Counted from the stretch's first letter, positions 49,849-61,816 are shown. The stretch: 64,000 nt of DNA from Felis catus (GCF_018350175.1 NC_058368.1:194558001-194622000); one strand, 5' to 3'. Numbers and translations: made by a program. The notes: generated by a model from the letters alone, not told the origin.

Positions 49849-50739
49849 TGGATTAGAAAGGCAGATTTAACATTTTGCCCCTACTCTCACTGTCAATACT
49901 ACCATCACTCTATTCTTGCCAGCCCCACCCATTTCCTAAATCCTATCTTTCTGGGAGTTGAGGATAGGAATTTTCACAGTTTTCTGTGTTACAATTAAGT
50001 AGAAACGCTTCATAAAGTGTCTCCCAGCCTGACATTCCTACCAGGGGTCATTTGGAAGCACATCTCAGTGACCTCTTGCTCACTCCCCAACTTGCCCTCT
50101 GCAGGACAAATCTGCCAGGGGAACAAAGTGAAGAAACCATTTATTTCCATACAAATGTCCCCTTGATGGGTAATGAGGCAAACCACAGCAGCTGGATCTG
50201 CTGTGTAAGGCTGAAATGTCTCTAAATAGAATATGGCTCCAAGTTTTCCATGGGGTACCTGCATCAGCAATTCTGTAAGTAAGTCACCAAGGGGAAGCAA
50301 CTTTCTCTCGGGCATCCTTTGCCCCTAGCAAATCAGAGCTGTGCAAGGAGGAAAAGTAGGGTAAAGAGGAGGGGCCATAAGTTGGAAAGGGGCAGGAGGA
50401 AGAGAGTCAAGAAAAAGGAAGAAAGCAGGACACTGGCCTCATCTCTCACTACTCATTCTCAAAATCTTACCCACACTAAATGACTTGTTGGTTGTATTCA
50501 GGTCTTTGCACATGCTCTTCCTCCCCCCCTGGAATGTTCCACATCTTAACATGACTGCTTAACATGACTAACTCATACTCACCCTTAAGGTATGAGCTGG
50601 GTGTCACTTCCTCCAGAAAGGCTTCTGAAACCTGGATAAAGGCTTCCTATCCTTTCCTTTTCAAACCACTGATCACACTATATTCAAATTATCTTTTTAC
50701 TTATCTTTCCTTAGCTGATAAAAAGAGCAGCCAATGTCA

Positions 50740-50965
50740 TTTGAATGTTTAATATGTGGTAGGCACTGCATAAAGCATCTAACACATATGATTGCACTTA
50801 ATAGCACAATAATTCTATAAGGTAATGAACTCATTTTAAAAATGTAGAAATAGGCTCAGAGAATTTAAGCATCTTGACCAAGGTAATACAGGTTATGCAT
50901 CTAGCAAGTGGCAGAGCTATGATTAGAACCCGGATCTACCCATATGCTCTTAACCGCCATGCTAT
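50740..50965 (-). mobile_element. MIR SINE
   Basis: aggctcagagaatttaagcatcttgaccaagg...ctagcaagtggcagagctatgattagaaccc. Confidence 0.75.
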
Positions 50966-51074
50966 ATCACATCCCCTTCTTCATGCTGGGCTCCATGGGG
51001 CGAAGACCATGTCTTACTCATATATGCCAGCACTGGTGTGTAAGCAAGTAGGTAATACTTAGTATATATTGGTC

Positions 51075-51632
51075 GATTGAAAAGACTGAATGTTTGTGTC
51101 CTCCCCCCTAAAATGTATATATTGAAATCCTAACCCCGGGGGTGATAATATTAGGAGGATGGGGCCTTTGACATGGGATTTGTACCCTTATAAAAGAGGC
51201 CTGAGACTGCTCCCTTGCCCTTTCTGTCATGTGAGGTTACAGAGAGAAGACAGCGGTTTGCAGCCCAGAAGGGGACCTTCACCAGAATACACGGGCAGTC
51301 CAATCTTAGACCTCTAGGCTCCAGAACTGTCAGAAATCAGTTTCTGTTGTTTATAAGCCACCCAGTCTATGGTACATTTTTTTATTAAAAAAAAATATTT
51401 TTAATGTTTATTAATTTTTGATAGAGAGACACAGAGCAGGGGAGGGGCAGAGAGAGAGGGAGACACAGAACCTGAAGCAGGCTCCAGGCTCTGAACTGAC
51501 AGCACAGAGCCCGACACGGGGCTAGAACTCACAGACCATGAGATCACGACCTGAGCCGAAGTCGGACGTTAACCAACTGAGCCACCCAGGCGCCCCTGTG
51601 GTACTTTCTTATAGCAGCCCAAATGGACCAAG
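51075..51632 (+). mobile_element. MLT1A-like MaLR LTR split by a Can-SINE
   Basis: gactgaatgtttgtgtcc...ttgaaatcctaacccc...tttctgttgtttataagccacccagtctatggta...ttatagcagcccaaatggaccaaga. Confidence 0.88.
51377..51596 (-). mobile_element. Can-SINE (felid)
   Basis: SINE body; TSD t(a/g)tggtac at 51368-51375 and 51597-51604. Confidence 0.95.
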
Positions 51633-52639
51633 ATGGAATGAATGACTACAGGAATGAATGAACAGAATCATCACACATGAGAAATAAAAGATTCTATTGG
51701 GTCAATTCCTATTTGAAGAGACAGGGCTAATTGACGGGAATTACCCTCATGAGAGTATGTGCTGCTGAGGGCAGCCAGGAAAGAATAAACAAAACCAAGC
51801 CAAACAACAACAACAACAATAACAACATAAAACCAGAACTCATCCTAGTCAATGAGAGAAGCCAAAAGTTAGAACCAGAGAAGTGCCAAGGGCCAGGCCC
51901 AGGGAAGAATGGGAGATGAGGTCAGAGGTCAGGAGCTGTAGAGACTAGGAATAGGTCTGGAGGCACAGTGCCAGAAAGATCAAGAAGAAAAAATACCCAA
52001 GATGACAAATGAAGGAGGTGCTAGGCCCACAGTGTAGGGTGGGGGGTGGGGTGAGTTGGTAGCCTTAAAGTCATGGATAGATACATAAAGATATATAATC
52101 CATAAGGATTCATATGGCTTGGGCCAGAACTGGTCCCCAAACCTACACCTTTGCTATTACTCCTCTAAGCAATGTCTGACCCTCACAGCATTTCTCTTCC
52201 TTTATTTGTAAAAACACAGATTCTGTGGACTATCCCCTTTTTCCTATAACTGTTGTCACAGTAGAAGTTTCAAATGTTCCAGTCCAAGATACAAATAAGC
52301 TAAGAAATGAGAGCAGAAATAACCTCTGCAAAGTTTGGGGTGTGTGGAGAGGGGCTCATTTATAAGTTATCTTCTTTAGTGCTGGGCCCATCAAGCTCCA
52401 TTCCTGCAAATCCATTTATGATCCATAACTGCTGAAAATGGTTTAAATTCTATAAATGCCTATTTGGTGCCCTTTGTGTGTCAGGCACTAACCTAGAAGA
52501 TATAGAGAGGAGTAACACAAGCTTACTTTCTATAAGCCTAGCAAAGGATTCTATGTTCCATGCAGGAAATCCAGAACAGTTTAAAATCAGAAAACCTCAG
52601 TTCAAGGCAAAGTCCAATCGCAGGTCTTCTGGGGTAACT

Positions 52640-52820
52640 AGTGAGCAAGCAGTCACTTACTGTGATCTTGGGCAGGTTAAATAACCTCACTGTGGTCTCG
52701 TTTCCTCACCTGCAGAATGTAGAATTATGACCCTCGCCTCACAGGGTTGTCACAGGAATTAAATGAGGTAGCATATGGGGAAGCGTTTTATGAAAGTGTA
52801 AAGCACTCAGCATATTCGAT
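52640..52820 (+). mobile_element. MIR SINE
   Basis: cacttactgtgatcttgggcaggttaaataacctc...tttcctcacctgcagaatg...cctcacagggttgtcacaggaattaaatgag. Confidence 0.85.
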
Positions 52821-53699
52821 TCTTGTTACTAGAAATTCGTCTACTGCTCTACAGTGCCACCCTATTTAATATGCAGATTTAGCCCGATGCCTGGAATAGA
52901 GATTTAAATCCCATGAACACAAATAAAAGAAACAAATAAAAGACAAAAGGAACTGCAGTTGAGTCCAACTGATCTAATGTGCATTAAGGACCTGTGGCAT
53001 TTCAGCACAAAACTGTAATTAAGCCTTATAACAGCTGTGTGAGCTAGCTATTGTTTCCCTATTTTAAAGAGACTCAGGGAAAGTAACTTGCCTGAGTCAC
53101 TCGACAAATAGAGCTGGTGTTTATACACAGGTCGGCCAGTCTCGCCTATACCATGCTCCCATGTTCCTTTTTTTTTTTTGGCAAATACTTTATTCTGCCT
53201 ATAAATGCTGCCCTCCATCCCCTGAATCAGTAACCCCCGGACAGTGCATCACAATGGATCTCCACACTCCCAACCCAGTGATAACTTTTCTCCTCATTTC
53301 ACAATTCCATTATTTGGCAAGAAATCCACAAGGGACAAGCATATCAGCAATGAAAGGAAAGGCGTATATAAGCCAGTTTCTTTATCAGCCTCTCCCATGC
53401 TTGTGATTTCAGGCCGTGAAGGAGGAACGGGAGCTGTAAGTAATGCTAATAGCATCATCCAAGGAGCGGCAGATAACAGCTCCCCCCGGTCCTGGAGAGG
53501 AATTGCTTTTGTGCCAGATGGGTTTTCTTGTTACCATCCTGGCTGTGAGATGAGATGCAGAGAAATCATATGTGATGGGTTTAGAAACCCCACTCCCTCA
53601 TAGCTGACCCACAGCCTCCCAGAAGAGTTACAGGAGCAAAGAATGGGTTCAGCCATAGATTGCCTGGGCAGAAGCTTAGCACTCCCTCACAAGGAAAGG

Positions 53700-53960
53700 A
53701 AGATAAATAATATGCCCGTGGAGAACCTGGTCCTATTCACCTGGGAGGAGAGAAGGGTCAGAAGGAAGACTTTGTCACTGCTGATGGGCTTCCATAGGGC
53801 ACAGAGAGCAGGTGGAAACTGAACTTTTGGGGGAGAATCTATAGGAAAGCGGACAGCATCTCAATATGAAGGGGGAAGTTAACATCCCATAATGGAGTGG
53901 GCCCTCTGGAGAGGAAGTGGGCACTCTGCCCCAGAACGCTCAAGAAAAGTTAGAGAACCT
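53700..53960 (+). mobile_element. L3/CR1 LINE fragment
   Basis: ttcacctgggaggagagaagg...aatggagtgggccctctggagaggaagtgggcactctgcccc. Confidence 0.45.
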
Positions 53961-54049
53961 CAGATGAAAGAGCCTATCTCTGCATCTGTTGGTGGTGAGA
54001 TCAGATGGCAGTATATTCTGTTCCAAAGCTGGACTTCTTATTGGCTTTA

Positions 54050-54250
54050 AAATCACAAAGTCAGAATTCCAGCTTTCCAACTTAACAGTGATGTAACCCT
54101 GTACCAGTTACTTAACCTCTCTGGGCTTTCATTTCTTCTATGAAATGTAAATATATAATAGTAGTGATCTTACTGCATTGTAGTGAGAATACAATGAGCT
54201 AATGCCTACGTGGTACATAAGGGAGCGTTTGCCACATGGGAAGAACGCTA
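54050..54250 (+). mobile_element. MIR SINE
   Basis: cagttacttaacctctctgggctttcatttcttc...gtagtgagaatacaatgagctaatg. Confidence 0.75.
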
Positions 54251-54254
54251 TAGA

Positions 54255-54790
54255 CATGTAGTAAGCACCTATCAGGTGCCACACACTTCTTTAAGCTACA
54301 GGAGCAGGCAATCGTATACAACACAGATAGATCCATACTCTCATTAATAAACAAATACATTATGATTTCAGGTGCTGGAAAGAGCTACAAAGAAAATAAT
54401 AGAATGTAATACAATAGAGTATATTTGAGGAAGTGGTAAAAGGGACATTAACTGGAGCAGGTGGGGCGGGTCTCTCTGGGATGAGTTCTACCCAATCAAG
54501 AGAAGAAACCAGCCATGTGGAGTTAGGGCATCCAGGAAGAGGGCATAACAAACACAAAGGCCCTGAGGCAGATCAAAGTTTAGTATGTTAAGAAAGGGGG
54601 GTGGGAGGCGTGAGAGGTGGGAAGGATGGGAGATGAGATCAAAGACGCAGATAGGGTCCAACCATGTAGAGCCTTGTAGGCCACAGTGAGGAGTTTGGAA
54701 TTTATTCTAAGGCAAGTGGGAAGCCACTGAAGGTTTCAGGCAGGGTAAGACACCATACAGTTTACATTTTAAAGAGATCACTGACTTGAC
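54255..54790 (-). mobile_element. L2 LINE fragment
   Basis: caaaggccctgaggcag...gccttgtaggccacagtgaggagtttggaatttattctaaggcaagtgggaagccactgaaggttt...ttttaaagagatcactg. Confidence 0.8.
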
Positions 54791-55549
54791 TTATTAAAAC
54801 CTCCCATGCATGATCCTTTCTGTTCTTTCCCTAGTCGCGGAAGTCCCCGAAGCCCTAGAAGGGCTCAGCGTTACAAGATAGAAGGTATCTGGGTCACTCG
54901 ATACTCTCATAGGTATCCAGGACCAGGATCCCTAATGTTGGATTGTTATGGAGTAAAAAGAAACGATATGTATGAAGCCAGGGAGGGAGGGAGGAGGAGA
55001 GGGAGAGAAGAGAAAGGAGGGGGAGGTGCTGTTCCTCATGCTGCTACATGAGGAATGCAAATGTGGAGTCAGAAAATGAGCAGTGGAAGCAGGAGACTTC
55101 TGGTCTATTTCCCTCACAGTGTTTTGAATAGAGTTAGGTAATTTCTTTTAAGTAAATCAGTGGGCACGGTCAAGGACCAGGTAAACTATGGTATGAACCC
55201 ATAACCAACCATCTTCTTTGCAGATGTTGGCTCTACTGAAAAGTAGGAGAAATAAAAGTAGCAGACCAGGTTATAATGCCTGAGACAATGTCCTCTAGGT
55301 ATCCTCTCTCCGTTTTCAGAAGCCAGGTTTAAAAGAAATAACTTGTTTTTCTCCATCAGACCAGATTACCTTTTTCAGTCCTTGCAGGAAGACAACATTT
55401 GCTTTCATAATTATAAATGACAAAAATTACAAGGCACAGGTAGTTGAGTTTGAGGCAATAATCCGCACTTGCTAGTCCTACGCATCCTCTGTTAGAAATA
55501 GCCACTACCCAAGAACTACAGATATATTAGATGCATATCTGTGCACATA

Positions 55550-56150
55550 TTCACTCATTCAACAAGCATTTACCGAAAACTTACTTTGTACAGGGCACTG
55601 GTCTAAGTATAGGGGATACAGTAGTGAACCAAACAAATAAAACTCTTTTCTTGCTAAAATGGTCAGGAACTGTATGCAGACACACAAGCTTCCTGTTCTC
55701 ATAAATAAACAGAATTTCAGAAGCTGATAAGGGCTATGATGACAATAATAGCATATAATACAATAGAGTATATTTGAAGAAGAACATTAACTAGGGCAGA
55801 CACGGAAGTTGACACTCCGGGAGGGAGGAAAGAGATGGTAAGCAAAGAAGGAGAATGGGCATCAAGTGGTAAGAAGCACCATAGTGAAAAATACAGCATG
55901 AAAGCGTGGGGAGCAGTGGTGGGAAGGATGTTAGAAGGTGGGTTCGTATAAGAAATTTCTAGTCAGGCCTTGTGATGCTTTAGTTATGGGGATAAGGAAA
56001 AGGAAGGAGTCAAGGACACCTCCTCTCTTTCTGGTTTACGCAGTGGATGGAGGTGTCATTTACCAGTATAGGGGGCAGTATAGGAAAACCAAGTTTGCGG
56101 GGAGAAGATCCTATGTTTGGGTCTGAACATTCATTTCTCTGTGCTGTTCA
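55550..56150 (-). mobile_element. L2 LINE fragment(s)
   Basis: ttcactcattcaacaagcatttac...ggggatacagtagtgaaccaaaca; aaggagtcaaggacacctcc. Confidence 0.7.
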
Positions 56151-56162
56151 AATAGTAATATC

Positions 56163-56297
56163 AGGGCACCTGGGTGGCTCAGTCAGTCAAGCGTCCAACT
56201 CCTGATTTCAGCTTAGGTCATGATCTCATGATTTGTGAGGTTCGTGAGTTTGAGCTCTAAGTCGGGCTATGCGCTGACAGTGGGGAGACTTCTTGGG

Positions 56298-56350
<53 letters not shown>

Positions 56351-56426
56351 GTCTCTCTCTCTGTCCTTCCCCTGTTCATGTGCTCATTCTATCTCAAAAT
56401 AAATAAATAAACTTTAAAAAGTGTAA
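56163..56426 (+). mobile_element. Can-SINE
   Basis: TSD caaatagtaata at 56149-56160 and 56427-56438; long (CT)n. Confidence 0.94.
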
Positions 56427-56493
56427 CAAATAGTAATAACAAGTAGATGATGGACATCAACAACATATAAATGGTAACTAAAATTTGGGCCAT

Positions 56494-56828
56494 TGTTCTA
56501 GACTATGTACACCCCCAAAATTTATATGTTGAAATCCCAACCCCCCATGTGATAGCATTAGGAGGTAGAGCTTTGGGGAGGTAATTAGGTCATGAGGATG
56601 GGCCCTCACTACTGGGATTAGTGCCCTTGTAAAAGACATCCCAGACTCCCTTGCCCCTCCCACTGGGTGAGGATGCAGTGAGAAGACCACCGTCTGCCGA
56701 TCAGGAAGCAGGCCCTCAATAGGGCACCTCAATCTTGGACTTCCTAGCCTCAAGAACTGGGAGAAATAAATGTTTAACCCACTCAGTCTATGGTGTTTTT
56801 GTTATAGTAGACCTAGTGAAGTAAGACA
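56494..56828 (+). mobile_element. MLT1A-like MaLR solo LTR
   Basis: TG...CA ends; tatgttgaaatcccaacccc...ggaggtaattaggtcatgaggatgggccctc...atcttggacttcctagcctc. Confidence 0.88.
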
Positions 56829-57992
56829 GAAACCAATGCGAATTCACAAAAATACGAAGGCCTGCAGTCCAGGGTTGGTATGGCAGCTTTCTGAATTTGT
56901 CCATGACCCACACTCCTTCCACCCTTCCACTGCACCATCCTTAGTGGAGCCCATCACATGGTCCAAGACGGCTGCAGGTACTCCAGCCATTAAGTCTAGC
57001 CAGACAGCTCTGCTATTAGTTTGCTCTGAAACCCTGGGAAACTCATCTCTCCTCCCTGGATCTGTTTTCTCCTCTGATCTGTCAAGTTCCTTGTTGCTCT
57101 AACATGTCCTGACTCTGTCGGAATAGGGCTGAGCAACTTCATCCAAAGCAGGGAGTCTGGGACACAACCATACAAATACAGTATTGATTTGACTAAGAAA
57201 CTGACCTTTAAATATTCCATGTTCTTATTGGTGCTTTGGATAAGAACTCTCCAGGGAACTCTGAGGGTAATTGCTTTTGCCTCTGCTTTAGAAGGGGCTG
57301 ACTTTGATGCAATGCTGTTCTCATCTGCAGGTTTAATTTAGCTCTTTTGTCTGCATTAAACTCACTGGGAACTATCCTTTGTGTGCTGCCAAGCATATCA
57401 CATGGCCAGTCATTTCTAGCTGAATTTAGACTTGCCCTTTCAGGTAAGGATCCCAGGGTGCTCTGACTGCCAGGTTGGGCAAGCTGACTTCCATCTCCCT
57501 CCCTAGGGATCCTCTTTCTGGGAGCTGTGGGTGAGCTGGACCAGCCACTGGGTGTCAGCATTGCTTTGTCCAATTATAAGGGAAAAAAAAAGATATTTTT
57601 GTGGTTTGGGAGTTGTTTATTCAGTAAGTTTGGGCTCTAACGTGAGCGCAGCCACAGTTCACATTTTTACAGCACTTAACATGAATCTAAGAAGTGCTCC
57701 TGTTTTACATCCGGACTCTCCCTATTCATTCAGCCCCTTCGTGTCCCTCCTCTATATTACTGCCCAATTCTCATTTCCACTTGTGTGTCCCTCAAGTCTA
57801 TCTTCATCCGGTTACAATCAGGTCTATAACAGCCTCAACTGTAGAATAATGAGCCCTCTGTCTCTGAAGGTTTCCAAACAGAAACTGCAAACCACAGAAC
57901 CACCTGGTAGGAATTATTGTAGAGAAGAAAAAAATGTGTACATATTTACATACTTGTGTATCATATAAATATAATTAGGAGATAGAAAAAGA

Positions 57993-58037
57993 AATATATA
58001 TATTTATATATAAATATATAATAAATATAATATATAT

Positions 58038-58082
<45 letters not shown>
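57993..58082. repeat. (TA)n / AT-rich microsatellite
   Basis: Degenerate TA run followed by a perfect (AT)n at 58041-58082. Confidence 0.95.
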
Positions 58083-58084
<2 letters not shown>

Positions 58085-58777
58085 TTTCCCTGACCTTCAC
58101 TGACCCGCCTCATCCATAACAGGGTAAATTCTAAACTGTCTAACTTTGCAGACCTGTCTATAACCTGGCTGTCCCCAACCCCTCTGTCTCATCTCCTGTC
58201 TCCAACATCACACTTCAATGAGAATGAACTTTTCCAAGGAGAATTTCACACTCTCCAGGCCTTTGTTCACCCTTCTTACCAGGAGAACCTCTACTCATTC
58301 TTCCAGATGCTCCTCTGAGGGGCTTGCTGGGAGCCCCAGTGGGCATTCTCCAGTGCCCACTCCCAGCCTAAGCCTAGCATCCTTTCTGGGGGCACCCAGG
58401 GTGCATCAACTAAATATACAATTTACCCTAGTGAGTCCAAGTTATCTGTGATGCATCTCTCACCCACTAGATTATAAACTGTGACTTTAAAGTTTTAAAC
58501 AAAGACTTTGAGTTTTTCATCTTTATATTTCTGGTACCTGCCACTGTGTCAGGCAGCTTGCTGACATTTATAACGTATGTTTATTTAACTGAACTCAGCT
58601 GAACCCATGTGGTTATTAACTTTATTCTGCTGAGTCTGCAACGTCTTTTGCATGCAACCTCTGTTCAGAGTTTCAACTGCAATCATCCTGCTTCAGTTTT
58701 CGAAGCATGCCCCTTCCTTTGATGTTGTTTGCCTACCTGTGTACCATAGGGGTTACTTTTTCTAAAATACTCTTTTT

Positions 58778-58998
58778 TTTTTATTAATTTTTTTTTCAAC
58801 GTTTATTTATTTTTGGGACAGAGAGAGACAGAGCATGAGCGGGGGAGGGGCAGAGAGAGAGGGAGACACAGAATCGGAAACAGGCTCCAGGCTCCGAGCC
58901 ATCAGCCCAGAGCCCAACGCGGGGCTCGAACTCACGGACCGCGAGATCGTGACCTGGCTGAAGTCGGACGCTTAACCGACTGCGCCACCCAGGTGCCC
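58778..58998 (-). mobile_element. Young felid-specific Can-SINE
   Basis: Perfect TSD ctaaaatactcttttt at 58762-58777 and 58999-59014; CpGs intact. Confidence 0.97.
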
Positions 58999-59166
58999 CT
59001 AAAATACTCTTTTTATATCCACTTATATTTTTCTCAAATAAATTTTTTAGAAGAAAATTTTATATTACTACCATAGTTGAAAACTTACACCTGCCACAAA
59101 AAGATAGTTTTTAAAAATAATAGGGAAAAATACGCTACTAAATTCTAGCTGGATAGTCTTGCCTGC

Positions 59167-59648
59167 TATACTAGATACACTTAGACCATTAATGATTCCT
59201 TCATGTCTTCCTGTCTGCATGTCCCTCTTTGCCAAAGGACTGAGTTCCTCTCACTAAGAAGTCAGAGTACATTTCTCCATTCCTTGATTTTGCATCCAAC
59301 CATAGAACTCACCCTGGCCAAAGCTGCATTAGTATCCTTGACACAGACAGAGGTAGGAAAAGCTCTTGTATGACTGGGGTCACTCCTCTACAATGACAAT
59401 GTGCCCAGATTACACTGATGGGAAAATGCAGGAAATATATAAAGCAGAGTCCAGGTACCTTAGCTAAAAGACAGCTGAGAAGCTAACCACTAAAGTTGAC
59501 AGCAACTCCAGTCCGAGACCAAAGGAACCATTGACCTTCATGATTGGTTTGCAGGCTCCTGAGCTAAATAAAAGTTTATCACTAGAAGGCACAGAGGTTT
59601 TCTGAATGTTTGCTACCTATATTAATATGGCAGTAGATAACTAATACA
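59167..59648 (+). mobile_element. MLT1 (G/H-like) MaLR solo LTR
   Basis: 5-bp TSD cctgc at 59162-59166 and 59649-59653; 3' end tgagctaaataaaag...ggcagtagataactaataca. Confidence 0.75.
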
Positions 59649-60474
59649 CCTGCCAAGGCTCTGAGCCTCCAGTGTGTTTTCTGTTTGTTAAAAAGTAGGA
59701 TTAGAAAGCATTGGGTTTCTGAGTGCTAGCACCTAATTGAAACTGTCTCCTTGAAGTAATTGGAGGGATTGAAATGGAACAGGAAAGGGAATAATTGTTT
59801 CACTTCATAATTTTATATAATTCATCACAGTTTACGCTTAAAATTATCTCTGTACTTTCCCCCACTTTGAGATACAGTTCTTGCCCTTTTTTACCTGTTT
59901 TGCAGACAATGGATACGGCTACCAAAATGGTCTTGGGCTCATTGCCTTAACACTAAAGCCCAAACTTGATTCAAATTCCAGGTGCTCCATGATCTGGTCC
60001 CAGCCCTGCTCCTCCAGTCCTGCTCCTACTGCTTCCCCTCTTTAGATAACCAATACGACAACCCAACTTCTACAGTGTTTATTGCACTCAGTATAGACGT
60101 TCAGTCATAGCCAGGCGCCTAGCTAGGAGGTGAGGGGCAGGGGGAGGTGATGATTAAGATGCAGCCCTCATTTTCATCAAGTCCTCAGCTCCTAAGAAAC
60201 CACATAAGAACCACATAACTCTAATATGTGAAGAGTAAGTCGGAGCACTGTAGATACCTATCGGATTGGTACCTAATGCCAACAGTAAGGAGCAAAAGAA
60301 GCTAGAATCAGAGAAACATCCCAAGGGGAAGTGATGCCCTTGGATCCAATGAAACCTTTCCTGATTCTCCCACCACAACCTACAAGAGGTGTTTCATTTT
60401 CCCCATCCCATTCTGTATCTCATCACATATCATTTAAACTTATTTCATCCATTCTCTCAGACTATCAACTCTTT

Positions 60475-60688
60475 TTTTTTTAATTTTTTGGATTGTTTAT
60501 TTATTTTTGAGAGAGAGACAGAGTGTGAGCAGGGGAGGGGCAGAGAGAGGGAGACACAGAATCCGAAGCAGGCTCCTGGCTCTGAGCTGTCAGCACAGAG
60601 CCTGATGTGGGGCATGAACTCATGAACCAAGAGATCATGACCTGAGCTGAAGTTGGATGCTCAACCGACTGAGCCACCCAGGTGCCCT
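60475..60688 (-). mobile_element. Can-SINE (felid)
   Basis: TSD agacta(t/c)caactcttt at 60459-60474 and 60690-60705. Confidence 0.95.
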
Positions 60689-60894
60689 GAGACTACCAAC
60701 TCTTTAGGAACATCGATCTTTTATTATTGTACTAATCACAGCAGTAGCAGGTCATGAGGCAAACATTGAGCACTAACAGTGGATAAGTAGACAGAGGGAT
60801 GAACAGATGTATAAATGGAAGGTCATGAAATACATCATATTAAAAGAAAATCTTTAGGCTCTCCTTAAGTCACTCCATTCAGATGGCTGCCTAA

Positions 60895-61065
60895 TCCCAA
60901 GGTTCCTAAATCTGGTAGCCCAAAAGGTATAGCTAGGGAGATTTAAAACATATATATTTCTAGGATGTGCTTCCTTATTATATTCAGATTCAACAGATAT
61001 AAGATGGGATCCAGTAATCCACATTTTAATGAGTTTCCCTAGGATCCTCTGAGGATGCCTAAACA
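60895..61065. mobile_element. MER5A-like MITE (degraded)
   Basis: ggttcctaaatctgg...attcagattcaacagat...ggatccagtaatccacattttaatgagtttccctaggat. Confidence 0.55.
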
Positions 61066-61094
61066 CCTTCGTGGGAATTATAAATCTAACTCAC

Positions 61095-61186
61095 CTGAGT
61101 GTCATATTGACTTCATATTCTCAGATGTCCTATTTGTGAGACACCAAACCTCTCTTTTCACTGATGGCTCAGCCTATTCAAATAAC
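61095..61186 (-). other. Candidate internal non-coding (5'UTR or lncRNA) exon, 92 nt
   Basis: Minus strand: atttttcttttgtag|GTTATT...GACACTCAG|gtgagt; stops in all three frames; lies in unique sequence between repeats. No transcript evidence available. Confidence 0.4.
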
Positions 61187-61369
61187 CTACAAAAGAAAAA
61201 TACTCCTATAACTTGGAAAATTCCACAAGGAGCTGTAACAATATACTAATAATTTACTGACATATATTAAGTATTTAACAAGTATAAGGCATTTTGCTAA
61301 GTGCTTTTATGAATATGTGCTCATTGAAACCTATCAGCAACCCTAATAACTCTAAGAATATTGTGGGGT

Positions 61370-61560
61370 TTTTTTCCTGTTTTTATTTTTGGGGGGTGGG
61401 GGTGGGGAGAGGAGAGCCAGACGGAGAGAGAGAGAATCTTAAGCAGGCTCCATGACCAGTGTGGAGCCCAACCCGGGGCTCAATCCCATGACTCTGGGAT
61501 CATGACCTGAGCCAAAATTAAGAGTTGGATGCTTAACTGACAGAGCCACCCAGGTGCCCT
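61370..61560 (-). mobile_element. Can-SINE (older subfamily)
   Basis: agaatcttaagcaggctcc...gatcatgacctgagccaaaattaagagttggatgcttaactgacagagccacccaggtgccc. Confidence 0.92.
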
Positions 61561-61816
61561 AAGAGTTTTGTTTAAAAAAACAACATTTTATTGAGGTATG
61601 ACTCACATACAACAAGCTGTACATATTTATATAACATTGAATTTGGAGATAATTATACACCTACAGAGCCATCATCACAACCATGCCATAAATATATCCA
61701 TCAGCTCCAAAAGTTTCCTCCCACTCTCTTAATAACAAATTATTTTTTGTGATAAAAATACTTATATATGATCTACTCTCTTAGCAAATTTTTAAGTATA
61801 CAACACAATATTGAAC

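Larger units (their letters stand above)
58690..59870. mobile_element. MER113-like hAT element, interrupted by a SINE and an MLT1 LTR
   Basis: Removing the inserts rejoins taaattctagctggatagtcttgcctgc|caaggctctgagcc...tttgttaaaaag...ctagcacctaattgaaactgtctccttgaagtaat. Confidence 0.55.
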
